From positions 57,600,001-57,664,000 of the forward strand of contig NW_024704742.1 in the NCBI RefSeq assembly GCF_018977255.1: DNA of 64,000 bases. The letters are read 5' to 3'. The DNA comes from Callorhinchus milii (taxonomy: Eukaryota). Shown here one piece after another: positions 39,601 through 51,997 of the stretch. Every line of letters starts with the position of its first letter. The stretch's first letter is position 1. Below the pieces are notes generated by a model, which made no database searches, had not been told where the DNA came from, and saw only the letters and a program-made list of their open reading frames with translations. The position numbers and the translations under genes are program-made.

Positions 39601-39974
39601 CTTAGCAGATCTCAATTTAAGCTCTCCGAGACTTCATCCGGCATGAAGTACGCTATATAAATGCAAGTTGTTGTAGTTACTGAAACATTTCTAAAAGGGC
39701 AGTGAAATAAGGGGGAGACTATCTTTCAGTGATTGGTGCTTCATCATGTCTTAGTTGGTCCATGTACTGTCTAATGTTGAAATGAGACATTTGGACTGGA
39801 TTTGTGCCAACAATTATTAATTTCCTTAACCTTAAGGCATGTGGTCTTAAAAATTTAAATTTAAAGTCGTGCAGCATTTTGGAAAACAATACAAAATGAA
39901 TCTTACTATTTTCTGAAGTTCTGAAAAAAACTTTGAAATAAAAATGAATTGAATAATTTTCCAAAATTCTGTCA

Positions 39975-40340
39975 TAATAATAATTTTTGCATTTGATATA
40001 GTGCCTTTTCACGTCTTCGAGACGTCTCAAAGAGCTTCACAGAATAGACTGTAAAGTGAATTGACTGTATATTTTGTGGGTGAAACGTGGCAGCCAATTA
40101 TGCACAGCAGTGTCCCACAAACAGTTGTGGATTGAAGTGACCAATTCTTTTTAAAAACGGAATTATTACCCCTAGAAAAGCGATCCGCCAATCAAATAAC
40201 AACCAGGTTCCTACTTACTGCTAGGTAAACAGAAGTGTGTGGAGTAAGGAAACTTGCCCAACGTTTCGAACTGCTGGGAATCGAACCCAGGTTCCTCGCT
40301 TGCAAGGCGAGCGCTCTAACCACTGAGCTACATGACTCCA
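39975..40340 (-). mobile_element. tRNA-Ala SINE, long subfamily, full length
   Basis: A/B boxes, extra block and tail present. Confidence 0.93.
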
Positions 40341-40349
40341 CCTTAAAAC

Positions 40350-41375
40350 AACCACAACAACAACTTGCACTTATACAGCGTCCTCCATGCAGGTTAGCTT
40401 CCCAGAGTGCTTAACAGTGGCGGAGCCTGACTCCGAGCCGGGGGAAGGAAGGTGACTGTATGCACGGTCGAAAGGAAGGTTTCTAGGCGGGACTTGAAAA
40501 AGGGGAGAGAGGGGGCAAGGCGAAGGGATTGAGGGAGAGTGTTCCACAGTTTCGGGACGTAGTGGCTGAAAGCAGAGTGCGCGGGCAAGCAGGAAGCCGG
40601 TGCCAGTCGAGCGGAGGCAACTGGTGGTAGGTCGGAGAGGTAGGGAGGTGCCAAGGGTTTGAACACAAGTGTGAGGATCTTGAAGTCGATCCGTTTGGTG
40701 ATGGGGAGCCAGTGGAGCCTGGCCAGAACTGGTGAAATGTGGGTAATGAGTTTGGTCCGGGTAAGTATACAGTCAGCAATGTTCGGAATAAGCTGGATTT
40801 TTTGAAAGTGGAGCTGGGGAACCAGCAAGGAATACGTTTGAATAATACAGGTGGGAGTTGACAAACGCATGCACGAGGGTTTCGGCTACATTTGGGATTA
40901 GATATGAATGGAGACAGGTGGGGGAAGGCGGAGGGAGCGAGTAGGATGGTTGGGGCTTAGGAGGTCACAGAGGTAGGGGGGAGCAAGACCATGGAGAGCT
41001 TTGAAGGTGAGGACCAGGATCTTGAACTGAATCCTCTGTGTGATGGGAAGTCAGTGGAGTCGGGTGAGGCTGGGGGTGATAGGGTCACGGAGCCTGGTGC
41101 GGGAGAGGACATGGGCTGCAGAGTTCTGGATGATCTGCAGCCTATGGAGAGAGGATATGGGGAGGCCGACAAGCAATGAGTTTGTATAGTCAAGCCTCGA
41201 TGCAATGAAAGCATGTATGAGGATTTTGGCGGCCTGCGGTGTGAGACAGTGGTGGAACTGGGCGACATTTGGAGGCGGGGGAAGGCAGAGCGGGTCATGG
41301 CACAGATGTGGGGTAGAAAGGATATTTGAGGGTCAAACAAGACACCAAGGTTCTGGACTGGCTTAGCAAGATGCA
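40350..41375 (-). mobile_element. Two adjacent L2 3' fragments
   Basis: RLHWLPITKRIDFKIL (40350-40950) and QNLGVLFDPQISF (40957-41375). Confidence 0.88.
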
Positions 41376-42035
41376 CCTGGTGCAATAGATTAGGGGGTCC
41401 CCTTTCCCGATTCCAAAATCTAAAATGACCTTTACCCTTCCCCCGTGTACAAGAGAGTATAGGGGGGAAACGAACATGGGAGTAGGGAGTGAATAGAGCA
41501 TGGGAGGAGGGAACAGAGTGGGGACAGCAATAGGAATGCCCCAGAAAGACAGCATGGGAGGGGCAGAGTGTGTGTGGGAGGGGTAGAGTGAGCGTGGGAG
41601 GGGGAGAGTGAGCATAGGAACACAGGAACAGGAGAAGGCCATTCAGCCCCTCAAGCCTGTTCTGCATTCTATTAGATCACAGCTTATATGTACATCAACT
41701 CGAATTACCCATCTTGATGCCCTGAACTAACAAATATCTATCCACCTCAATTTTGAAAATTTGAATGGATCCAGCATCCACAGCCTTTTGGGAGAGAGAG
41801 AGAGCGTGGGAGGGGGGGGGAGAGAGTGTGGAAGGTGGGAGAGAGCGTGGGAGGGGGAAGGGAGTGTGGGAGGGGGGAGAGGGCGTGGGAGGGGGGGAGA
41901 GCATGGGAGGGATTGAGAGCGTAGGAGGGGAGAAAGTTTTGTCAGAGAGAGAATGAACATAAGGACAGGGAGATGGTAAAGGTTATTTTAGATTTCGCAA
42001 TTGGGAAAGGGGACCCTCTAATCTATTGCATCAGG
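41376..42035. mobile_element. Non-autonomous TIR element (MITE-like) with G-rich interior and a nested CR1 3' piece (~41613-41797)
   Basis: 41376-41436 and the reverse complement of 41975-42035 match at 55/61 positions. No clear TSD. Confidence 0.75.
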
Positions 42036-42734
42036 GCTACCAGGGCCTTGTTATGCTACTGCCACAACAACAAATTGCCTTTGTTTAACGCCTTTCATGT
42101 TGGGAGGACATGCCAAGGCTCTGGACAATCAGGGATTTGGACCCAAGCTGGGGGTTGGGATCAGAGGTCGGGAAGGGTAGGGAAAGGAGGATGCCCCAAG
42201 GTGGAGTCAAACACAGATCAGGGCACGAGAAGCAAATGGCATTCAAATGCCAACTCAGAGGAGCAGCTCTAGCTGGACCTAAGAGAATGGTGCAACTCTT
42301 CAGCTTGGAATGTTTGGAAGGAGCTGTGGAAAATAAAGTGTGCGCTCCAAATGCTGTTTCTGGAACAATATTGAAAAAATGAATTACATTGGAATCCATT
42401 GATAGAAGATGTCTCAAAGTGCTTCCAGAATATACTGTAAAGTGAATTGACTGTATATATTTTATGGGCGAAACAAGCAACAACAATTGACTCCTGGGGG
42501 GTGGGGGCGGGGTGGGGGGAAGGTTGATGGGGGAGGTGGCTGGAAGCACGGTCGAACAGGAAAGTCTGTTGATATAAATGAGTTCAAAATAAGTGGGTAG
42601 AACTGTTTATCAAATGAAAGTAATATCATTATTAAGATGATTATTACTATCCACCTTTAGGCAATTAGATACAACCTAGGTTTAATGTCTTATCTGAAGG
42701 GCAGAATGTTTTTGCCAAAACATTCCTCAAGTTC

Positions 42735-43060
42735 TGGAGTCCTGTAGCTCAGTGGTTAGAGCACTCGCTTTGCAAGCGAGAGACCTGAGTTCAATTCCAG
42801 GCACAGGGCGAAACCTTGGGCAAGTTTCCTTACTCCACACGCCTAATAATAATCCCTCCAAAAAACCCCAAACAATAATAAATTGGTCATTTTCAATCTA
42901 CGACTGTTTGTGGGACATTACTGTGCGCAATTGGCTGCCGCGTTCGCCCACAAATATACAGTCAATTCACTTTACAGTATATTCTGTGAAGCGCTTTGGG
43001 ACGTCCTCCCGATGTGAAAAGCGCTATATCAAATGCAAGGATTATTATTATTATTATTAT
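42735..43060 (+). mobile_element. tRNA-Ala-derived SINE, short subfamily, full length
   Basis: A box TAGCTCAGTGG, B box AGTTCAATTCC, CTCGC-TTTGCAA-GCGAG anticodon arm, L2-like tail, (ATT)n end. Confidence 0.95.
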
Positions 43061-43884
43061 ATTCTTCACTGGACTATCATATGAGGCTATGAGCTAAACA
43101 GAACTATAATTTGCTTTTCAATCCTAAAGCACCTAACTTAGTCTGCTTTTCTAATAAACCTCCCAAATGGGGCCTGAATTCACAAGTTTCTGACCCAGAG
43201 ATAAAATTGTTACCAACTAAGTGAAGCTGACACCTCAAGGCACTCAGAGAGATTAAAGCACTGAAAAATGATGGTTTAGAAAAAACAAATATTTGCTCCA
43301 CATTGGATTGCATTCCTTTGAGTGTCTGGTTGAACCTGTGCATGGTAACAATTTGGAGATGATTTAGAATAGAATAATGAGTATCAGTTTCAAACAGTCA
43401 TATTCTATCAAGTTCCAGTTTACTAACTTGTTTAAGTAAACCAGGCACATGCAAATGGAAGAGGACCCAGGAATACAGAAGCCTTGAGGAGGATCACGTT
43501 CTAATCAACCCATGTTTGTATGCAACACAAAGTTTGGAGGTGTGATGGATTGTGCAGACTGAAAACATTGTTGCCAAGATCCCATCTGCCTGTTCAATTA
43601 CATTCAGACGGGACATAGAAACAGGAGTAGGCCATTCAGCTCCCAGAACCTGTTCCATCATTCTATTAGATCATGGTTGATCTGTACCTCAACTTCCCTG
43701 CCTTTTCTCCATATCCCTTGATACCTTACCTAACAAAAATCTATCAAATTATAGCAGTTTTCTAACTTGCTAAAGTAAGGTAGACACACATGAATGGAAG
43801 AGGACCGAGGAATACAGTAGCCATGAAGAGATATTGATAGATGTTCAAATCATTTGGACGTGAAACATCCAAAGATCCTGTTTT

Positions 43885-44142
43885 CAATGGCCAGCAGTAT
43901 AGCTTTAGTTGGCTAAGGTTCAATAGTACCCAAATAGACTCTAGAGGTCCCCAAATCTTGTCTCTTGCTAACCTGTGCTTAATACTCTAAGGAATGAGAT
44001 AAGCAGTGTTGCTCCTCTCTGGGGAGTGAGCACGCATTTCATTCCAGACGTGGAAATTCCCATGTGTAGATGGCATAAATGGACCTCTCAGTCTGGTTTG
44101 GATACTCTCAAGTATGGTAATGGGTTTCCGCATGTGTCCACA
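43885..44142 (+). mobile_element. Family C 3' fragment
   Basis: CTCTTGCTAACCTGTGCTTAATAC...GGGTTTCCGCATGTGTC. Confidence 0.75.
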
Positions 44143-44661
44143 TCCATCATTCTAATGATGGAACCTCACAATAAGGGCAAAATAGGCCAATTGCTGATCC
44201 CCTGTGTAGAGTATTTCCACTGTAAATTAACCTGGCAGCCTTCCAACACTGTTTATCACTTTCTGAACAGGAATGATACAAATATCATTTTGTAAAATTC
44301 AGGCTCAATTTCAAACTTGGAACCTTTTTCAAATGAAGCATGAATTTAAGAATTTTTCTGCAAAACAATTTCTATACAATCTTAAATTTTAAGATATCGG
44401 AGAAGGTTAAGATAATAAGAACTGGGGAGGGGGCTCAGTTTTGCTTATGATAAATTATAAAAAATGAGGCAGGTACATGCTAGTAAACAATGCAACTAAT
44501 ATTCCGAAATATGCAGTCTTCATTTTGCTCGGTAGACTAATATAACTTTTGCCACAGATTCAACTTCAGCAAATCCTTGTGACAATAATAACCTTGTTGA
44601 ATGCTTGGCATCTTGTAAAAATCAAATTCTCAAAAAACAATTACTGTATATTTTCTTTAAG

Positions 44662-44968
44662 TGGAGTCATGTAGCTCAGTGGTTAGACCACTCGCCTCGC
44701 AAACGAGAGACCTGGATTCGATTCCCAGCAGGGTGAAACCTTGTGCAAGTTTCCTTACTCCACACGCCTGATAATAATCCCTCAAGAAAAAAACAATAAT
44801 AAATTGGTCACTTCAATCCACGACTGTTTGTGGGACACTGCTGTGCACGATTGGCTGCCACATTTTGCCCACAAATATACAGTCAATTCACTTTACAGCA
44901 TATTCTGTGAAGTGCTTTGAGATGTCTAGAAGATGTGAAAAGCATTATATTAAATGCAAGGATTATTT
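44662..44968 (+). mobile_element. tRNA-Ala SINE, short subfamily
   Basis: Full-length match. Confidence 0.92.
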
Positions 44969-45477
44969 TTGATTTATTTTTAAACTGGACATGGCTCTCA
45001 GTCTCTGATGACCTGTTTCTTTCGTGCTTTTCCTGCAGTGTTCTCAAACAGAAAATGCATTTGTCATTTGTTCCACCAATAATCTTCCTGTGACAAAGGT
45101 GTTTGACTCCTTTTTCCTTCTGCTGGGACTATGTTCCTAAATGTAAGAGATTAAGTTGTTCCATTCGGCCTTTGTAAATGAACAAGCAGACAGGACCTCC
45201 GTTTGACATCTCCAACAATGTAGACTGTTCCCATATCATCCACAGGAGAGAAAACCATATGCGTCATGAGACCTCTGCTCCAGTCTGAAATCGATCTCAA
45301 AGTGAAGTCTTGCAAACCAATAAGGTTCATGGGGTTCCCCGCTGGAGACAGATTTCATTTCGTAAAACAGTTTTTTTCTGGCAGTGAGACACTAGCAACT
45401 TCAACTCTTTCCTGAGGAGCAGCTTTTTAGCATTTCTGAATCTGGCTAAATCTCTTTCCACCCTTAAGGCTGATTTG

Positions 45478-45785
45478 TGGAGTCCTGCAGCTCAGTGGTT
45501 AGAGCACTCGCCTTGCAAGCGAGACACCTGGGTTCAATTCCAGGCAGGGCAAAACCTTGGGCAAGTTTCCTTACTCCACATGCCTAATAATAATCCCTCC
45601 AAAAAACAAAAACAATGATAAGTTGGTCATTTTCAATCCACGACTGTTTGTGGGTCACTGCTGTGCGCCTTTCGCCCACAAATATACAGTCAATTCACTT
45701 CACAGCATATTCTGCAAAGCGCTTTGAAACATCTAGAAGATGTGAAAAGCGCTATATCAAATGCAAGGATTATTGTATTATTATA
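45478..45785 (+). mobile_element. tRNA-Ala SINE, short subfamily
   Basis: Full-length match with a small deletion. Confidence 0.92.
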
Positions 45786-46887
45786 TTTATCTATATCTAG
45801 CCTTATTGGTACATAATCAAAGTAGGTTGCATTTGTGTACAAGAAAAGACTAATTACAGTGGAAAAAAAACATGGTACAAATACAAATTACATTAGCTCA
45901 GGACGTGAAAGTGGCTTACCGGGGAATTTTGAGATTAAATTGTTCCATTCTGCCTACGACTAACTTAGTGAAAGAGATAGGATTTGAAAGAGCCTGGAGA
46001 TGCATCTAATCAGAAAACGGTTTTACTTCACTCTGCAATTAGCCCTATGAAATTAAACATTTTCAAAATCAAAGCGTTGTTCTCCAATTAATCACAAGAG
46101 GTGCATATTTATGCTCTGAATCGCATCATTGAATCAGGAGGTGACAAATAAAGTGTTGGAAAAGGGATTTACAATGAAATAAACAAAGTGAAATGAGATG
46201 AGCACTCAATCCACTATACTAATCCTAACTGCGAGAATTCAGATTACTTCGGAAGAATCAGATTTGTCCCTAATACCCTACATGTGCTCTAAACCAGAAT
46301 GTAGCTCTAAGCACTTTAGAGACGCTAATTCTTGTTGAGTAAACAAGAGGAAGTAGGAAGAAAACATAGCAGCAGTGAGAACCACCTGCTTTGTTGTTTC
46401 TGTCCTGCTCACCCTCAAGACTGGCTGTGTTTACTTACCATGTGGTTCCTTCTTATTATTGGTACAACTCCTTTTCTCCTCAGTGAGAATAGTTCAGCAA
46501 GTTTACATATCTGAATAAGTCATTGCACATATAAGGTCAAAAAACACTTAGCGTACCAAGGTTGCACATAGACAGTGATGCAGAGTTGGCTAACACGATA
46601 CATAAGATAGGAATGGAGCTGCTGCACACTGGCAAATTGTCCCAGGGTGAGGGAATGTTGCTGTATGATTTGAGGAATGGGTGGTCATTTTGGGTGTTTA
46701 GTGGAGTGGGTGAGTGTTTCCTTTCACATGGATCTAAAACAGGGCTCAGATACATGAGGCAATTTTTAAAAACTGCCTGTAATACTGTGAACATATGCTC
46801 GCTCTGTTTCTTCTGTTTTAAAGCTCCTTATAAAACTGTGTTTTCTTCAAGACCCCAGTTGGAGCAAAATCTGAAACATCACTCATT

Positions 46888-48038
46888 TCATGACAGACTG
46901 CCTGTCGGACATCAAGTCCTGGATGAGGGCAAGTTTCCTACAGTTGAATGTGAACAAGACTGAGGCCCTCCTGATTGGCTCACGCCAGCGCCTCAGCACC
47001 TCAGGCTCTGGCAGCATCAACCTCCATGGTTGCACACTTCAACTAACCAGCCAGTCAGGAAACGAGGTATCCTGTTCGACCCTCAACTATCTTTTCTTCC
47101 CCACATTCAAGCCATGACCCTTCCAGGCAGGGCGAAACCTTGGGCAAGTTTCCTTACTCCACACGCCTAATAATAATCCCTCCAAAAAACCAAAAACAAT
47201 AATTAAATTGGTCATTTTCAATCTACGACTGTTTGTGGGACATTGCTGTGCGCAATTGGCTGCCGCGTTCGCCCACAAATATACAGTCAATTCACTTTAC
47301 AGTGTGTTCTGTGAAGCGCTTTGGGACGTCCTCCTGACGTGAAAAGCGCTATATCAAATGCAAGGATTATTATGACCCACTCGGCTTCCCTCACCTCCAT
47401 AACATGGCCCGACTCTGGCATACCTCACCCCTCAGGCCGCTGAAACTCTTGTTCATGCCTTCACCACCCCCAGCTCGACTATGCAAATGCCCTGCTTCTC
47501 GGCCATCCCAACGCCTCCCTCCACAAGCTGCAGATAATCCAGAACTCTGCCACCCGTGTCCTCTCCCGCACCAAACTCCGTGACCCCATCCCCCCATTCT
47601 CGCCCGACTCCATTGGCTCCCTATCCTTCAGAGGATCCAGTTCAAAATACTGGTCCTCACCTACAAAGCCCTCCATGGCCTCGCCCCACCCTACCTCTGC
47701 GACCTCCTAACCTCTTACCAACCCGCCCGCTCCCTCCGCTCAGCCGGCTCTGGCCCTACTCCACGTCCCCCGAACCATTGGTGGGAGAGCCTTCAGCCAC
47801 TCTGCTCCAACCTCTGGAATTCCATCCCCCAATCACTTCGCCTCGACCCTCCTTAGCCTCCTTCAAGTCCCGCCTCAAAACCCTCCTCTTCGACCATGCC
47901 ATCGGTCACCCCCTTCCCCTCCCCTCCCTCTCCCCCCTGACCCCAGCTTGCATCTGCAATGCTGTACACTGTCCAGCGCCTTGGGACGTCCTCCCGACTT
48001 GAAAGGCGCTGTACAAATGTAATCTTGTTGTTGTTGTT
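46888..48038 (+). mobile_element. L2 3' portion interrupted by a SINE (47121-47371)
   Basis: [39 protein letters not shown] (47114-47120 / 47372-47378); tail at 47975-48038. Confidence 0.92.
47121..47371 (+). mobile_element. tRNA-Ala SINE, short subfamily, 5'-truncated
   Basis: TSD ATGACCC. Confidence 0.93.
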
Positions 48039-48459
48039 TCATGTCATGGGATGTAGAGGAATGTTGAATTTGTGATATCAGAGCGTAGGTATTTGCAGGT
48101 TGTTTTGAACAGTGGATGGCAGGAAAGTGCAATACTTGTGATTCTTTATGAATACAGCATCTTTGATGTTAGGAATTTTGAGATTTCAAGCAATGATTTG
48201 CAGGCTATCAAAAGTAGTGACAGACATCAAAGTGTATAAGAATTCTCATAATAATAAAATTATGAGTTTAACATTATAGTTTAACAACAACTTCAAAGAT
48301 GTATCAGATTATTTTTTCTCAGGAACCACAACTTTCATCTGTTTAATATTTGCTATTTATTTCCATATTTGTCAACAGCTGTGAATCCCTTGCAGTTACA
48401 ACAGAAATGTTAGAGTCATGCTTGAAATAAAAATCTATCTTTCTCCTCCTGATTGATTT

Positions 48460-49910
48460 GTCAGGCTGTCTCAGTGGTAGCACTCTCGACACAAGAGGCA
48501 AAAGGTTGTGGCTGCAACCCACACATTGGGGCATTGAATCATAGAATCATAAAATCGTACAGCACAAAAAGAGGCCATTCGGCCCATCGAGTCTGAGCCG
48601 GCTCTTTGAAAAGAGCAATGTAATGTCAATCCCACTCCCCAGCCCTTTCCCCATAACCCTGCAAACCCGTCCTCCTCAAATACCCGTCCACCGCGTTTTT
48701 AAAAGTAGTTATCAAATCGGCCTCGAACACCTTTTCAGGCAATGCGTTCCAGATTCGAACAACTCGCTGCGTAAAAAATGTCTTCTCACCTCCCCTCTGC
48801 TTCTTTTAGATACTATTTTGAATCTGTGACCTCGAGTCACCGACACACCCACCAATGGAAACAGTTTTTCCCTTTCTAACCTATCAAATCCCCTCATGGT
48901 TTTGAAGACCTCTATTAGGTCTCCTCGTAACCTTCTCTTCTCCAATGAGAATAATCCCAGCCTCTCCAGCCTTTCCTCGTAATCAAGATCACTCATTCCT
49001 GGTACCATCCTCGTAAATCTCCTCTGCACCCTTTCCAATGCTTTAACATCCTTCCTATAGTGTGGTGCCCAGAAGTGGGCGCAGTATTCTAACTGAGGCC
49101 TAACCAGTGTTTTATATAGGTTAATCGTAACCTCCTGACTCTTATACTCTATGCCCCTATTTATAAAGCCTAGTATCCCATATGCCCGTTTTACAGCTTT
49201 ATCTGCCTGTCCTGCCACCATCAAGGATTAATTTACCTGAAACCCCAGGTCTCTCTGTTCTTTCACACCCCTATATTGTATTGCCAGCCTATTTTACTTC
49301 CCCTCATCCTTTCTACCAAGATGCATTACCTCACATTTCTCCACATTGTAATTCATCTGTCATGTGTCTGCCCATTTTACCATTCTTTCTATGTCTTCCT
49401 GCAGTTCGTTACTATCCTTCTCACTGTTTACCACCCTACCTAACTTTGTGTCTTGTTTGACACTCCAATACAGTGCTGGGGGAGCGCTGCATTACCAGAG
49501 ATGCAGTCTTTAGAGTGACATGTTAAACCGAGGTCACTCTTCTCAGGTGAATGTTAAGGATCCCATGACATTATTCCAAAACTGAAGGGAGTTTCTCTCT
49601 GTGTTCTGGGCAACCATTCTTCAAATAAAGTTGATCATGTTTCGCTCACAAAATATACAGTCAATCCACTTTACAGTATATTCTGTGAAGTGCTTTGACA
49701 CGTCGCAAAGACGTGATAAGGTGCTCTATTAAATGCAAAGATTACTATTATTAATCACTCTATGGCTGTTTGTGGGACACTCCTGTGAGCAAATTCACTG
49801 TTGCATTTACCTACCGATACACAGTCACTACACCTTAAAGTATGAAGCATCTAGAGATGTTTTGATGACACAAAAAGGCATTATATCAAATGCAAGAATT
49901 ATTTATATTT
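48460..49910 (+). mobile_element. DeuSINE split by CR1 (head 48460-48537, body 49458-49910)
   Basis: Head and body are colinear with 3586-4035 once the CR1 and a SINE tail (~49638-49752) are removed. Confidence 0.75.
48538..49457 (-). mobile_element. CR1 LINE 3' fragment
   Basis: LYKTLVRPQLEYCAHFWAPHYRKDVKALERVQRRFTRM...RRLRGDLIEVFK; (ATTCTATG)-type tail; splits a DeuSINE. Confidence 0.95.
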
Positions 49911-51736
49911 ATTAAATATCTCCTGTAAATTTCCAAATTGTTGGGTTTGTTTCAGATTTCATCCATCTTTAGGTTTCTTTTTACGTCCAGCCCTTTAATT
50001 ATGTCATATAATTTTACCAACAGGACTGTATACTCAGACATGTACGTGTACGAACAGGTTAAAATCTTCCACATGTTTCAGTTGGTCAGTGCACTGTGGG
50101 GAGGAGGGAGGGGCAAATAAGGAAGAGGACTTTGTGGAGACCCTGTACAGTACTCTCTTATATACCTCTCAATCTATTTTTTCCAATAAGAAACATTGTT
50201 CATGTCCCTTAAATTTTCTGATATTGTTCACTCTCTTACATTTTCCAATAGTCTGTTCCATATATTTAATGCCCTCTGCCAACAGCATTTTGTTACTTTG
50301 TTCCCCTGTTCCACTAGTTCCGTTATCTCTCAGGAGAAGTGTAATTGATTTGTGAAGCACATCTCCCTTTAAACACATTTGCATTCCCTATTAATATTCT
50401 AGATTTCTCTCCCGCTTCATTATTGCCACCTTCAGGATGCCTTCTAATGTTTTACCTGTTGCAGTTGACAGGCCAACTGGTTTGTAAATTGCAGTGTTAT
50501 GTTCATTCCTCTTTATAAATTAATATTAAGTGCCCCCCCACTCTCCAATACTCTGGCATTACTTTGGTTTCCAAATTCATCAGAATATAATTTCGGGCAC
50601 GCCCTTATGCTCTTTTATGTGCCTAGATTGTGCACCTTGTCTTCCACCTGCAGGTCACCTCTTTCTTTGCAACTTCTATCATTCTTAATACGTTCTCATC
50701 CTGCATTGGAAACAAACTCGACCTCTGTATTGGGAAGGCAATCGGCGATTTTTCTGCCGACATTCAACAATATTTAACTTGGATTAAAAACAGTCACAGC
50801 AAATTGTGTGAAAAGCGCTTTGAGATGTCTCGGAGATGCGATGAGATGCAAATGCAAAGATTATTATTTATGTGCATTGTCATTGGAGGATCTTAGTTGA
50901 TTATTTGATTAAATCTAAGACACTTGGGGGGTGGGGAAGGAGGGGGGGAGAATCTGAAGAGGTTCAGGAGTGCTCAGAGATGGTAACGTGCATAAAGTGC
51001 TATAATGGAAGTGCAAATTGTTGGTGGTGGATGTTTTAGGAGCCTAGTGCAAACTGGTACAAGAGGCACAATGTGCACATGAATTACATGATTGTTTGAA
51101 CAACAAGTTAGGCTGAACACATTTTCCTGCAGCGAAGGCCCCTTTAAACGCATTCTATATAGATACAATATGTGAATAAAAACAGGGGGAAAATGTTTGT
51201 AGCCAATTTGTGGACGAGTGATTTATAGGACTGAATGTAAGTGGAATTAAATCTTTATTCTCATCTGAGTTGGTAGGGATGGATTGTGATACATGTATGA
51301 TGATCATATCTGCTTTATTTCAGGAACTTTTCTGTAGTCTCACAATAACTAATATAAATTATGACCGAATCATTAAGTTGTCAAAAGACAGTGATATATC
51401 CTCATCTTTACAATGATTTAATATGAATCTCCCTACAGGGACATTTGGCCCAATATATTGCTTGCTTTAATTCCCCTTCCCTGTCCCAGAGCTTTTTCTT
51501 GTCTCAAAGTCAAGAAGAAGTTATGTCCTAAAGCAAAAATGTTTTATTCTTGCCTGACAGAATAAAACACTAAATCGCAATGACAGTAAAGGTTTAAGGA
51601 TTACGCAGCTCTTGAAGGCATACATCTCCATTCGGTCACAAGTAAACGTTTTTCTTAAAAAAAGGTTCTTAATTATTAGAAGAAACCAGACAGATTCAGT
51701 TTATTCTTGCAGTCACCTCGAGATTTGTCACTTCAA

Positions 51737-51997
51737 CAACAACAACAACAACAAGATTCCATTTATAAAGCGCCTTTCACGTCAGGAGGACGTCCCAAGG
51801 CGCTGCACAGTTGGGTCATGACCCGAGCAGGGGGGAAATGGTCAGGGTGAGGGGAGGGAAGGGAGGGAGCGAGGAGGGGGGAAATGGTCAGGGTGAGGGG
51901 AGGGAAGGGAGGGAGCGAGGAGGGGGGAAATGGTCAGGGTGAGGGGAGGGAAGGGAGGGAGCGAGGAGGGGGAAGAGAGTCGAGAGGGGAGCTGAAG
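51737..51997 (-). mobile_element. 3' end of the young L2 family with a 46-bp unit triplicated
   Basis: Near-identical to 54667-54835; TSD ACTTCAA (51730-51736 / 51998-52004). Confidence 0.9.

Noticed and set aside
42735..42800. tRNA-Ala(TGC) gene
   Set aside because: No acceptor stem or terminator; runs into the SINE body and recurs in every full SINE copy.
45240..45385. Degenerate palindrome as an old MITE (similar at ~31400-31575)
   Set aside because: Arms too diverged to separate from chance without a search.
45920..45948. ATG plus strong donor CCG|GTAAGC on the minus strand as an alternative STOX2 exon
   Set aside because: The donor is phase 2 relative to the ATG, incompatible with the phase-1 junction. 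A non-coding exon is not excluded.
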